Source of the DNA: Callorhinchus milii | Taxonomy: Eukaryota | DNA: 64,000 bases | NCBI RefSeq assembly: GCF_018977255.1 | Contig: NW_024704742.1 | Coordinates: forward strand, 108,378,001 to 108,442,000 | Reading direction: 5' to 3' | Part shown: positions 1 to 21,500 of the stretch, in pieces | Layout of the letters: every line of letters starts with the position of its first letter | Position numbering within the stretch: position 1 is the first letter of the stretch | Notes under the pieces: generated by a model | Told to the model about the DNA's origin: nothing | Databases searched by the model: none | What the model saw: only the letters and a program-made list of their open reading frames with translations | Translations under genes and position numbers: made by a program

Positions 1-137
1 CAGATACACAGATTCAATGCCAGAACTTGAGAAGGAAATTTCACCTAAAGACCTGGCCGACATTGAAATTGGTCATTCACTTAATTGCCGTTTATGGATC
101 ATTGCTGTGCCAAATTGCCCCATGTTTACCTACAAGC

Positions 138-498
138 AACACAACAACAACAACAAGATTCCATTTATAAAGCGCCTTTCACGTCAGGAGGACGTCCCAA
201 GGCGCTGCACAGTTGGGTCATGACCCGAGCAGGGGGGAAATGGTCAGGGTGAGGGGAGGGAAGGGAGGGAGCGAGGAGGGGGAAGAGAGTCGAGAGGGGA
301 GCTGAAGGCTCGGTCAAAGAGAAAGGTTTTGAGACCGGCCTTGAAGGAGAAAAGGGAGGAGGCGGCGAAGGCACTGGGGGATAGAGTTCCAGAGCCTCGG
401 GGCTGAGAGGCTGAAAGCCCGACCACCGATTGTAGGGCGATTGGGGCGGGGGACGTGGAGCAGACCGGAGCCAGAGGAACGGAGGTTACGGGCAGGTA
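138..498 (-). mobile_element. 3' fragment of the same young L2 family
   Basis: Near-identical reverse complement of about 3340-3735, with a (CAA)n tail. Confidence 0.92.
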
Positions 499-1005
499 CC
501 CTCACATTAAATTATTACACAGTCACATTAAATTATGTCCTGTGAAGCGCTATGATTCAGCCCCTTGATGTGAATTGTGTTCTATCAAATGTAATTATTT
601 ATTATTTATTTATTGAGAGTGGTAGAATATAAGATCTTCTAAAAGGTATTGCTGAAACGGTACTTATTCTCCAACGCTGAGCTGCTCCTTACTACACCAG
701 CAGTAATTTTCCCACTTCCCACACCAGTCATCTTTTTGGCCTTTCTAAGCAATTTTGTGCCATGATTGTTAGCACTTCCGTGTCTAATAGGAGTGATGGG
801 GGCTCGTGTGAGTAATAAACACTAGCGTGGACTAGTTAGGCAAAATAGGCTGTTTCTGTGCCTTTTGTGTTTTGAGTTGAGTTTGTTGATTCGGTCCATT
901 AGAAACCGAATTGATGAACTGATTTCATGCAGGACACACACAACCAGCAGAAAAGGGAGTCTTTCATCCTGGGATGGATGTTAGCTTGAGTCCCAGAGGT
1001 TAAAA

Positions 1006-3740
1006 TCCCTTAAAATCCTCCTCCTCTACCGGCCCCCTAAAACCTCTCCCACCTTCATCTCTGACATTTCAACACTCCTCACATCTCTTTGCCTCTCCTC
1101 TGATCGCCTCATCATCCTGGGCGACTTTAACCTACACTTCACCCCCTCCTGCTCCATCTCCACAGACTTCTCTTCCCTGCTCTCCTCACTCAACCTTTCC
1201 CTACACATAAACTCCCCCACTCACAGTCACGGCCACCCACTCGATTTGGTGATCACCCGGGGCCTCAGTGTCTCGGATGTCACTATTACCGACAAGGCCA
1301 TCTCCGACCACTACTTCATCTCCTTCACCACCTCCACCCCCCTCCCCACCTCCACCAGACCCACCACCATCTTCTACCGCCCTTGGAAGAAGTTACCCCC
1401 ACAATCCCTAACCGATGCCTTGGAGTCCTCTGAACTCCTCTCCCTCTGGCCTTCAACCCTCACCGACCCCTCTTCTCCTCTCTCCCTCCTCCACAATATC
1501 CTCTCCTCCACACTCGATACTCTTGCCCCCATCACTTCCCGCACTGTCTCCTACTCCCGCTCCTCCCCCTGGTACACCACCCACCTCCGCTCACTGAAAT
1601 GCCAGGTGCGGGCTGCTGAGCGCACCTTTGTCAAATCCGGCTTAACGGTCCACCGACAAATCTGGCTGGACCTCCTCAAAATTTACCGCTCCACTCTAGC
1701 CTCGGCCAAGTCGTCCTTCTACTCCAGGATAATCCTGGAGGCGAAGAACAACCCCAGGCTACTGTTTTCCACCACATCCCGACTCCTCCGTCCCCCCCGC
1801 CACCCCGCGCAGGTCATCTCCTCCAACCTTCACTGCGAGGAGATGCTGGATTTCCTTGAATCCAAGATCAAGGGAATCCGCTCCGCGGTCACTTCCCCTC
1901 CAACTTCCACCCACCACCCACCCCTTCCCTCCCACACTCCGACTCCTACCCATCCTCCCCTACACACCTTCGTACCCGTTTCCCCACCCTCTGTCACTGA
2001 ACTCATCCTATCCCTAAAACCAACCACCTGCTCCCTTGACCCCATCCCCACTCCACTCCTTATCTCCCAGCTCCATTTTCTTGCCCCACACATCACTGAC
2101 ATCATAAACCTGTCCCTCTCCTCTGGCTCTGTCCCCATTCCATTAAAAACTGCCATCATCACGCCCACCCTGAAAAAACCCTCCCTTGATGCGTCGCAGC
2201 TATCAAGCTACCGGCCCATCTCCAACCTCCCCTTTCTCTCCAAGGTCTTGGAAAGAGTTGTCGCCTCCCAACTGCGCTCTTTCCTCTCCACCCATTCTCT
2301 TTTTGAACCCCTTCAGTCAGGTTTCCGTGCTGCTCATAGCACAGAAACTGCCCTGGTCAAGGTCACCAATGATATCCTGACCATCTGTGACCAGGGCTCC
2401 CTCTGTCTCCTCGTCCTCCTCGACCTATCGGCAGCATTCGATACGGTCGACCACGCTATCCTACTCCACCGCTTGTCCTCCCACCTCAACCTTCAAGGCA
2501 CTGTCCTTGAATGGTTTAGCTCTTACCTTTCCCACCGTCTTCACTTCGTCTCAACGAATGGCTTCTCCTCCACCCCCCGTACTGTCTCATGTGGTGTCCC
2601 TCAGGGCTCTGTCCTCGGTCCCCTCCTCTTCACCCTCTATATGCTCCCCCTCGGTGACATCATCCGCAAACATGGGGTTAACTTCCACATGTATGCGGAT
2701 GACACCCAACTCTACCTTTCCTCCTCTACTCTCAACTCCACGACCACCGATGTCCTGACAGCCTGCCTGTCCGACATCGAGTCCTGGACGAGAGACAACT
2801 TTCTTCAGCTCAACGTGCGAAAAACCGAGGCCCTCCTGATTGGCTCACGTCAGCGCCTCCGCACCTCAGGCGCTGACACCATCAGCATCCAAGGCTGCAC
2901 TCTCCACCTCTCAAAGCCAGTCAGGAACCTCGGCGTTTTGTTCGACCCTGAGCTGTCCTTTCTCCCTCACATCCGCACCACAACTGGCACCGCCTTCCAT
3001 CACCTCCGGAATATCGCCAGATTACGGCACTACCTCACCCCTCACGCTGCTGAAACCCTGGTTCACGCCTTTGTCACCTCAAGGCTGGACTATGGGAACT
3101 CTCTCCTCGCCGGCCTTCCCGGCACCTCCCTCCACAAGCTGCAGGTCATTCAGAACTCTGCAGCTCGTGTACTGTCCCGCACCAGGCTTCGGGACCACAT
3201 CACTCCCACCCTCGCTCGCCTCCACTGGCTCCCCATCCCCCAGAGGATTGATTTCAAGATCCTCATCCTCACCTACAAGGCCATTCACGGCCTTGCTCCC
3301 TCCTACCTCTCCAACCTACTATCCCCCTACCTACCTGCCCGTACCCTCCGTTCCTCTGGCTCCGGTCTGCTCCACGTCCCCCGCCCCAACCGCCCTACTA
3401 TCGGTGGTCGGGCCTTCAGCCTCTCAGCCCCGAGGCTCTGGAACTCCATCCCCCAGTGCCTTCGCCTTGCTTCCTCCCTTTCCTCCTTCAAGGCCGGTCT
3501 CAAAACCTTTCTCTTTGACCGTGCCTTCAGCTCCCCTCTCGACTCTCTTCCTCCTCCTCGCTCCCTCCCTTCCCTCCCCTCACCCTGACCATTTCCCCCC
3601 TCCTCTCTCCCTCCCTTCCCTCCCCTCACCCTGACCATTTCCCCCCTGCTCGGGTCATGACCCAACTGTGCAGCGCCTTGGGACGTCCTCCTGACGTGAA
3701 AGGCGCTCTATAAATGGAATCTTGTTGTTGTTGTTGTTGT
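1006..3740 (+). mobile_element. L2-clade LINE, 5'-truncated, uninterrupted ORF2 (APE endonuclease C-part, reverse transcriptase, L2 C-terminal domain)
   Basis: Open frame from about 1009 to 3588 with [39 protein letters not shown] and LHWLP; 3' UTR ends in a (TTG)n tail. Confidence 0.95.
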
Positions 3741-4498
3741 TAAAAGTCAATGTTCCAATCTATTGAGATCCCCAGGCCCCAGGATATACATTCTGCACAA
3801 ACGTTGGAGCTGTGCAATTGGAAAATGAACCAATTGCCATTTTGAGCCATTCTGTGTGACAAATGGTGACACAAACCTTGCACTGGAATTAGATTTATCT
3901 ACAAGGATATTCAATTACTTAACACCTGGAGTGGAGGTATATGGATGGGGTGGTAAGTTTTAAGAAGGAATGCGATTTTTGATGGCAAATGCTTTAGGCT
4001 GTGTGAAAAATAGAGAAATGCAGTGGTTATATTGTATTTGAAAATGGGACCAGCTAGATAAACTGCAATAACTTGACTGGTACAGTGCAACCTTATTCCT
4101 ACATCTCCAAAAATTCACTGGTTAACTTGAGCCAACCTGCTACTGAAAACAACAGCAGGGTGCCACTTAGCAACAAATTAAAATTCAGGAATCAAGTCAG
4201 TCATGTTGAAATGTAATCATGGCCTTGGTTAAAACTAACACTAAGGTCATAAAATGTCTGCACCGCATTTAGTACCTGGATTTGCAGTCACTAAGCAACC
4301 AGTCCTGCAGGAACCTCTGTAAAATGTGATGATGTTAAAATTAATGAATAATCTACATTCAAATCAATGAATAACATATTTATTTCCTCCTGCTTGATGT
4401 AAGATATACCTGTATAAATGTTATGAGGACAATAGCTATGTAGGGAGAGTGAGCAGGAAAGTGGGATTACATTAGGTGATTGTGCAGAGGAGAATTGA

Positions 4499-11625
<7,127 letters not shown>

Positions 11626-14600
11626 TTCAGGTCAAGAATGTAATAAAGATGCAAGTGGAGCAACCTAGTAAAAAAAAACTCTGTCTGACAGCAAAATGAG
11701 AACACAAGCCTCCACCTGGAACAGGTTTAGAGACAATTATCTCAACTGGTGTGGCAGGAAGCTTGTGATTGCCACAGCAACCTCTTGTAATATGTACAAG
11801 GTAGTGCTGTGAATAATTTAGGAATGCTATACAGAGAAACCTTGTAACAGTGTCACATGTTCCAATCATGCTTGTTTATATCACAGTGCTTGTATTATAT
11901 AACCATTTTCTGGACAAGCCTGGTTCAGCTGGTTTCCATTCACAAATTTTACACATTTTACAAATGAAACAAAGCCTGCCTTCACATGTACAACTTAAGC
12001 TTCATAAACACAAAAAAGTGAACTTAAAATACTCTGCTGAAACCAGAACCTCTACAAAATGGGAGTTCAATTAAATGGTGCATGGCAATCCTGTGATTGA
12101 GTCAGATATGCGTTTATACTCTGCATCACTTGAATCACAGATGCATGCATTTACTCAGATGCCATTGACTGTATTATAATTAATACAAAGCAGTTGGTTC
12201 AAATTGAATATTTTAACTTAATCTGTCCTTGAATGGGCTACTATGACCTGTATTTATGATAATATAATAATCGTTATATTTGATATAGTGCCTATAATAA
12301 CAGCATCTCAAAGCATTTCACAAATAATGGTTGTTGAGTGGGTGGTTAGGTTCAATATTTGGAGGCAAACATGGCAGCCATTTTGTTCAAAGTCCTAAGA
12401 ACAGCCATGAAGTGAATGATCAATTTATCTGTAAGATTGCTGGCTAGGACACTGGGAGAAACCCTATTCTCTTCCCGGATAATATTTCAGAACATTTTAC
12501 ATCCACCTGAACAGGCAGACAGGACCTCAATTGATGTCTCCTATGCATGACGACACTTCTAACAATGCAATGCTTCCCCAGTACTGCCCTGGAGAGTCAG
12601 CCTTGACTCTAAACTCTATGTCTTCCTGTCTGCCTGTCCATCTCTCTCTCTCTTCATATTATATGACAATAGGATAAGCTTGGTTCACATTCACTTTATT
12701 ATTCTAGCAATTCAGAACATCTAGAATTTGGCAAATTTATGAATACAGTTTTAACTTTGAAGTCAGTTTTCTGTCATTTTCAAAATAAAGGTTTCAAAGC
12801 TGAGGCAGCTTTGAAAAAAATGCCAAATCCTGGACACCATGAAACATATTCAGGTAAATGTAGACCCAGGTGGAATTTCTTCCCAGCACTGATATTGGAA
12901 AAGATGTCTGCATAAATATCTTTGTATTTCCTATATATACATTACAGGCAAATGGCCTGAACATCCAGGTCAGAGTTCTGGCAAAATCTGACACATGCAA
13001 CAAGGATGTTATGAACATTTTATTCAATTTTTAGTTTGTATATTTGGCTTGTTTCAAGGCTCATCATACCCTTGTTCATCATCCATTACCAAGCCAAGAG
13101 GGCACTTAACCCACTATTAATGACATATTATCCACCAACCTGAATTGGAGTAACTCACTTTCAGAGCTCTACTTGACTTGCCATGAGAGATGGACAATTA
13201 GGTTGCTTACTCTGTGAGGGAACATTGAAACCTATGAGATCTTTCTCTATTATCCTGCACTAACTTTTCACTGTAGTTGCTGCATCTGGGGAGGAGGGAT
13301 CTTAAAGGCTGTAATGTAATGAAATGAGATGAATAAATCAACCGTGCTTCACTTATTTAGTCCATGAGGTGTCTGATCCCTTGAATTGTGTGAGAGCCTT
13401 ATAATTCCCTCACAACATAGATACTGAATATGTGCTGGCACAGCAATAAAACCATAATACACATTGGATTTTGTTAAATCATCAGCCGTGAACAATCCAT
13501 TATAAAGTCACAGTGCTTTACTTCTTTTCAAGCTGTCCACTCCAAAATATATTCTATTGCACTTGTTATAATAGCTGAGCTCCTGGTAAGCGGTGAACAT
13601 TTAGAAATTTACTTCTGGTAAAGTCAATTGGGATGAGAGGAGCTGTCACTTGTCCTGCTCATTGCAGCTGAAGACTGATGATCAAAGAGCAGAAACTATT
13701 TGTCTTCAATATCCAATGCAGAAGATGCAGTTTGCAGCCCTGCTCAGTTTAAGCACTGAATTGCCGTTTGGGTTTTCAAAATGTGAATAATTTTTCTTTT
13801 ACTTATAATCTGTATTTTTGAAGGTTGTGAAGGGGAATTCGAACAACAATTCAAACATACAGAAACTTACAGGAATAGACAAATATCAAATTCATAGCAT
13901 TTCTCCACAATGCACTCTGCCTCTACAACTATAATATTGCCGATCACTTTAGATGCCTGGATTTAAAAATAAATCAAAATAGTGAGATTAAACAATTCTA
14001 ATATTATACATTTAAGTTCTCTAAGGCTCTAACTATGCTTTTACTAAACCCAATCTCATGCTGAATATAATATAATAATAATCCTTGTATTTGATATAGC
14101 ATCTTCAAGACGTCTCAAAGAGCTTCACTGAATACACTTCTATTTTGTGGGCGAAACATGGCAGCCAAATGCACACAGCATTGCCCCACAAACAGTCATG
14201 GATTGAGTGACCAAAGTATTATTATATTTTTNAAAAACATTTTTGTTTTTAAGGGATTATTACCCTTGGAAAAGAGATTCACCAATCAACTAATATAGAA
14301 ATCTGTTCTAAACTATTGCATTCAGAAGTGAGAAACTGAATGATTCACTTCTGGAACCTGTGGTTGAATCCAGTTTGGAGTAACATAAGAGTCAGCAGGC
14401 ACAAGTCACCAAACAAAACTGCTAAATTCAACATAAATTTGTAATACCAGTCAGAAAAGTGAGACTTCATGGAAAATCTAAATGCAACATTCCAACAGGA
14501 ATTAAGAAGTACTTTTCTTATCTTGGGGATTGAGACACTTGTGTTGGGCTGAGTTTAGATAGTTTTGCTCTGTATTTTGCAAAGCTATAACTGATGTGAT

Positions 14601-16519
14601 AGCACATGGGTCCAGTTTTGTGGCTTTGCTGACTTTGACAAAATAAAATGAAACGCTCTGTGCAAACAGGATCATAGAAACAGAAGGAAACCATTCACGC
14701 AGTCATACCTCTTACACTATCTGATTGGAACATGACAGACCTTTTGATTAATTTTCTTCATACTCTTTATTCTTAAGTGCCTATTTCCCTTTGAAACATT
14801 CTAATCAATCTGCATCTACTGCATTCCGAGACAATATATTCCACATTTTACAGCCCTTTAGGTGATGAAATATTTTCTTATCACACTTCTAACTGCTTAG
14901 CTCTGAATTTAAGGTTATGGGACAAATTTTTCATTAACCTTTAAAGCATTCCTCAATTTATTTAAGGAATGGTCTAAGAAACACAGTACCTGGTGCCCTT
15001 CTCCAGGTAAGTAGCCACTTTGTGCCCTGAGACAAATTATTTTATTTTGTAAAATTTAAGTAGAATAAAATTGATTGCGAAAGCTCTAATTCAAGAGAGA
15101 GCTCTGGCTCTATAAGTTGTTCACCTGGTACTGCAACCGATGCATTTAGCATCGCTCTTTACCATTAGCAGCCTGCAGACAAGCCATTGCATTTGACATT
15201 GTTTTATCATGAATTGCAAAACAATCTGGAAAATCGATTGTTTGTTGAAGCCAGATTGTTTTCTATAAAGACAACAGAGGATTTCATTTTTGCTTGGGGT
15301 CCCTCAGTTTTTTACGTTAACTTTGACACTCATTGAGGTTGTTAACACATTGTGTGCACTTTTACACTCATTCCCAATCATGGGAGTTTGATTTTACTCT
15401 TGTTGCATTTCAAAGGCTTGCAGTAACATGGTGCTAAACATCTATTTTATTCTAGGCGAAGGCATGGAAACAGTGCAATTGTTATAATCTGCTTCTTTAT
15501 AGCACAAATTCTGTTATGTTGGCACTGGGAACCCTATTTACTGGCCATTCACGAAGTCTGCCTGTTTGCCTCCAGCATGTTTTGACTTTCAGGTCATTAG
15601 ATTGCTGCTGTTATCACTTCATTCTTTGCTGGGCCTGTACAGCAACCAGGTAGAGATGTCAGCGGGTGACCTGATGATCTGGAAACCAGCCATTTTCTTT
15701 TACCATAGGCTACACACATACATAGTAAACCCCATCACACCTTGTTATCACACAGATTGGGATTTTATGGAACCAATTCGTCATGTTACAATGGGGCTCC
15801 ACTATATTTGTGAGGTTCATTAATTTGTCCACAAAAACTCCACTTCCAATATATCTTGTCAAGCAGTTTGGGATGCCCTCCTGACATGAAAGGCTTTATA
15901 CTAAATGCAAGGATTATTATTATTATTAATAATCTAAACTTTGGCTGGAATACCTGAAGATGATTTGCTCATACAGTGGCGGCTGATAAGGCAGTTGTTT
16001 CATGCACCAGTTACTTTTAATATTCCATTACTTTGGCAGCATTTCAGGCATTAAATTACTAAGACTTGTTTGTCGTTCACTCTCATAGTTAAGTCGGTAT
16101 CTCGGGAATTGCCACATTGAATGGCAGCTTGGGTCCCAGACTTGGAAAGAGACAGAAATCTTAAATGTGTGATATTGCCACTAAAAAGTGTCACATCAAA
16201 TCACATCTCTCAAACCCCATACAGATTCATGTTGTTGGTTTTAAATCATAAGGAAACACTTTCAAACAAAAGCAAAAACAAATTATTTAATGTAGTAAAA
16301 TGAATGAAAAAGCAATTTGTTACAATCAATTGATGGTGTCTGGTATTTGAATCATCCTGATTAGCAGTGTATATATTGCCAATTTCCAACACATTTCATC
16401 CAAATTAACATATAGTTTCAATTTGTTTTTGCCTCCAAATATAAATTGTTTGCCTTCCTATGTTTTACAATAAATCCTGTGAAGCGCTTTGATATGTTTG
16501 CCGATGTGTGACAAATAAA

Positions 16520-16846
16520 AATAATAATCCTTGCATTTGATATTGCACATTATCACATCTTCTAGAAGTCTCAAAGTGCTTCAGAGAATATACTGCAAAG
16601 TGAATTGACTGTATATTTTTGTGGGCGAAACGCGGCAGCCAATTGCGCACAGCCATGGATTAAGTGACCTCATTTTTTGTTGTTGAAGGGATTATTACCT
16701 CAGAAAAGTGACCCCCCAATTGACTAACAACTAGGTTCCTACTTACTCCTAGGTAAACGGAGGCATGTGGAGTAAGAAAACTTGCCCAACGTTTCGCCCT
16801 GCCCAGGAATCAACCCCAGGTCCACTTGCTTGCGAGGCGAGTGCTC
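16520..16846 (-). mobile_element. tRNA-derived SINE
   Basis: Reverse complement of the head, core and tail. Confidence 0.82.
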
Positions 16847-18346
16847 ACTTTTTTAAATATTATTATGATTGATTATTATGATCATATATTATGTGGTTAT
16901 TTTATTATTATGATTGTTCAATTAAAATGACATGATAATAATAATTATTGATATAACACCAACAAGATCTAACAAAAAATGCACATAAAGGTACTTTCAT
17001 GAAATAATCTTTCCCAGTTAATGAATAATGTAGTTAATCTGTGTCGAGTAAGCAGCACACTGACACAACTTGCTAGTTCACACACTCTGCCACAGAATGC
17101 TTGGCTGTGGGCTTGTCCCCACAATTCCTAGCACAGAGTTGCTGATCACAACCGTCTCATCATTAAACCATAGAAAAGAGGATAGGTGCTTGCCACAAGG
17201 ACGCATGAAGATAGTGGAGAATCATCCCAAATTGCTCAAATGTACCATCTAGTGCTCAGTTTATGAACAGCAGACACAGAGCGCGGTGGAAGCAGGTGAC
17301 CTTCACACATCTGGGTAGGGTGGGGGATGAGGTGCAAGGCAAGGGGGAAACGAAGAAGAGAAATAAATTGCATGAGTAATGGGAAGTTGTTGAAAAGAAA
17401 ATTATATTTCTATTCCCTGAAATGCACCACAAACATTGCAGAGCTTTTTAATTTGAAAATGTGTTTCCTCATTATAATTAATGACAGCAATTTGGAAAAA
17501 ATACATTATAAAATAATTGATTTCCTGATTATGGGAAGGTTTAATTGGAAATGAGCAGCTTAATTAATGTGTGCACGAATAATCCTGTTAAGATGTCAAA
17601 TCCAGACCTAATTGCATCCTGAGATCCAGGAAAGAATGAAGAATGTTTTTATAGTGAGTTATGTCGAAAGATCTTGAAGGACTTCAGAAGTAAAAACAAT
17701 ACTGTCAAATGTAATCATTATAGTCAGATACTAGTAAACCGAATGTCCAGATATGCGGATATACCATGGAAGCGTAGCACAATACAAAATGACATTTGTA
17801 TAGCGCCTTTCATGTCGGGAGGACGTCCCAAGGCGCTGGTACATCAGATGTGTAGTATACTCTCAGCTTCTGGTGCTGACAGGCTCCATACTTGCGTAAT
17901 GCAGTGATGTCAGCAGTGACCTTACGACCCATTTTATAATATAATGTCATTATGTGGGAGATGATCTTATGGACCCAATCATCACTGTATTTTGTAAATA
18001 AATGTTTAGAAATGCTTCCAATTCAAGAATTCAAGATAAAAAAAACAACTTAAGAGGAACTGATCTTTCAATTGGAATAAACAAGATATAATTGTACATC
18101 TAATTCAACTAAAGAATCTTAATCTGGAATTAAAAGACAATATGTAATCTTCTTAAGAAATATAGATGCACTTTGAGCAAAATGTGGATTACAAAAGAAA
18201 ATTAAAATTGGTATCTTAATACCAGAATCCGATGTGATCTAAATTACATTTGTTTACATTCAGTTTCACATGAATGCAACACTTCCTTGCATTATATTTT
18301 AAAATTATCTAGGGAACGTTCTGATAACAAAAGCTACATATGTCAG

Positions 18347-18503
18347 TCAACAGCTGTTTGTAAAGAGCCACGGAGGTTTTGCTTGAACACCATTGAGAAG
18401 TGGCTTCAGCAAACTTTGTCGAGCCACATGAGCCACCTCATCCCAAGCATTGCTGGTTTCACAGACATTGAAGGTGGGGTTAGCTGGATCCAAAATAAAA
18501 GGT
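18347..18503 (-). CDS. ZnF-OAS last coding exon
   Basis: [52 protein letters not shown] then TGA. Confidence 0.92.
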
Positions 18504-21500
18504 CTGGAATTGAGAAACAATGAAATCTTAAACAACAAAAAAATCACTTTATAACTTCAAAACATTATTTTTATTATAAAACATCAAAATAAATCACCTT
18601 TAGAAACATTTCAATTCATATTAATCTTAACTGAATTGAAAGTCTTCAGGAATTGAGAATCTGAATCATAGAGTAAACTTTTTTTTTGGTCAGCCTGACA
18701 CACGCGGGAAGCAAACACCGTGCTTCAGAGTGTCCGAACCAAGCTGAGATTTCCATGCATCCCATCTACACATGGAAATCCCAGAGATAGATTGTTGGAA
18801 TGGAATGCACACTTTCTCCCTGGAGGGACACATCCTGTTTACCTAATTCCAGAAACTATTAGGCGCAGTTTGGCAAAAGCCAAGGCTTGGGGACCCCAGA
18901 GTGTGCGTTGGGGTAACTGCTGGAGTCTAAAACGACATCGCTTGCCATGTGGAGTCCTGTAGCTCAGTGGTTAGAGCACTCGCTTTGCAAGCGAGAGACC
19001 TGAGTTCAATTCCAGGCAGGGCGAAACCTTGGGCAAGTTTCCATACTCCACACGCCTAATAATAATCCCTCCAAAACCAAAAACAATAATAAATTGGTCA
19101 TTTTCAATCTACGACTGTTTGTGGGACATTGCTGTGCGCAATTGGCTGCCGCGTTCACCCACAAATATAGTCAATTCACTTTACAGTGTGTTCTGTGAAG
19201 CGCTTTGGGACGTCCTCCCGACGTGAAAAGCACTATATCAAATGCAAGGATTATTATTATTATTATTGATATCACTTTCTGACAAGCTTTTCCTGCTCAA
19301 CTTCTTCTAACATAAAGAATGGACAGAGAAAATGTCATTCAGTGGACCACATATCATCAATACTATCATGACTTTCATCCCACTATCCTTGATACTTTCA
19401 CTCACAAAAACTTGCACTTATATAGCGCCCTCCACACAGAGTAGGATATCAGAGCACATCTCCTTCCTCCATCACTAGGGCTGCAGATTGTTCACGGTGG
19501 GAAAAAAATTCTGTCTATCTGTGAAAAAACCTGCTGTTCCGCACATTTCCCTCATTAACCTTGAGAGAGGCCCGCGCATGCAAAGGATCCATTATTCCTT
19601 TGGATATTTCTCCCTCTAAGTTTCCATGTATCCTACTAACCTTGATTCCAATTAAGAACAAACTGTTGTATAGATTCAGGACAGATTCCAAGTTAGCAAC
19701 AGAGGATCTAAAATCCAAGTCCTCAAATAACGAGGTTGTAAAATAATACCACATTGGCAGAATTCTTTTCTAAAAGACAACAATAACAACAGCTTGCATT
19801 TATATAGCGCCCTTCACGCCGGCCGGTGTCTCAGAGCACTTAAGTCCAAAAACTGGTGTCTTACATTGATAATCTTTGATGTACACAAAACTATTAGATA
19901 AATCTAAGCGGCTTATGTATCAACCAGAAAACACACAATACTCTCTCCTCATTGATCACCAGGAATCAAAAAGAAAAAGAAAGTATTTTAATTTTCTGGG
20001 TATAAAACTGATCGGGTCAGTACACATGCCCGCTCTCATGTTTGCTCAAAATTAGAACTGTCTTTAATATTTTTCTGAATGAAAGCAAAGACCAAACTTG
20101 AACTTAGTTCAAATTTGTACTTTGGATTTCCTGCTAGTTCACAGTGCTCACCTGGTTTGTTTCTGAACTGACTTCTTCACAATCTGAAATGTCTCATCAT
20201 AGTGTTCAAACCAAATAATGCAAATATCAGTGCAATTCACCAGGAACTTGAATACTGCTCGCAGTCCTTGGACAAAACTAAAAAATATAGGCTTTCCTGC
20301 CAGCTGCCAAACATAGATGGTCATGAGTTCCATTGCATAGGATGAAGGAAGCCTCCGGAATCTGTGAATGGATATTAAAATGGCTCAGGAATTTGTGATT
20401 TCAGTAATAGCAAGACAAAAGGATTCTTGTATCCAATATTGGCACTAGCCCAAGCTGAAAGATCAGCATCTTAATACCAATAATCTTACTGCAGAATAAC
20501 TCACCTGGCTTCAACCCAGTTTAAACACCTTTAATCTAGTAACATTCAACTTCTCTGTCTGTGGGGAGTTGGATGGGTATAATAACAACAATTTATATTT
20601 CCACAACGCCTTTCACATGGGGAGGACATCTCCACATGCCTGATAATAAACCCTCAAGAAAAAAAACAATAATAAAAAAATTGGTCACTTAAATACACGA
20701 CTGTTTGTGGGACACTGCTGTGCACAATTGGCTGCTGTGTTTCGCCCACAAATATACAGTCAACTCACTTTACAGTATATTCTGTGAAGGGCTTTGAGAC
20801 GTCTAGAAAACGTGAAAAGCGCTATATCAAATGCAAAGATTATTATTACTATGATTATTATTATCTCAAAGCGCTTCACACGCTTGAGGTGGGGGAAGCT
20901 GACCACTTGGTGAGCCAAAAAGACTAATAGTCTATTTCTGCCTGAACACGTGAACAAATTCATCATCAGGAGGACCTTGTGGTCAGGCATCTAAAATCAA
21001 TGACACTGTTTGACTAAAAGTCAACCAGCAGAGATCTGAGATGAACTCAGTAACACAGAAGGCAAACAACATGTTTCCAAGTTACAATTTAGATTTATAG
21101 AACACATTTTTCGTTCTCAAAGTGGAAAGCATTCGGTCTAATTTGGCTAATGTGGGTGAGCAGGCCTAACCTTGCTCATTTAAAAAAAAGCCTTTAAAGT
21201 CGGGAGGCCATCTCAAAGAGTTCAGTGGAATGTAAGCGCACTGAATACATCTATCGATGATGATGGTTGCTCAGGGTTACACGAGAATTGGTCGTAAAAT
21301 ACAAAATGCAGGACTGCAATGATACTAATCAATTTAATTGCAGCTGCAGGATACATTTATTGAAAATAATAATGTTATAAGTAAAACTCTGATTGCAAAT
21401 CTTGACAGACCTGTTGGTTTCACTGGGTTTAGCAAGAGAGGTTTTGAACCAATATTTAACCAGACGAATCATGTCCTTCACACCAACAGTCGATGCCTTT

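Noticed and set aside
2387..3665. Long Pro/Ser-rich and Gly/Arg-rich ORFs in other frames (also 28495-29697, 56183-56659, 58856-59483)
   Set aside because: Shadow frames of C-rich L2 sequence.
14232..14232. Single N base
   Set aside because: Assembly ambiguity or gap marker, not a biological feature.
18347..18361. C-terminal Cys (TNSC-stop) as a CaaX prenylation signal like OAS1 p46
   Set aside because: Cys is the last residue rather than fourth from the end, so it is not CaaX.
18949..19025. tRNA-Ala(TGC)-like sequence (also near 23143, 27549, 43370)
   Set aside because: It is the head of a multi-copy SINE, runs into the SINE body and lacks a proper acceptor stem.
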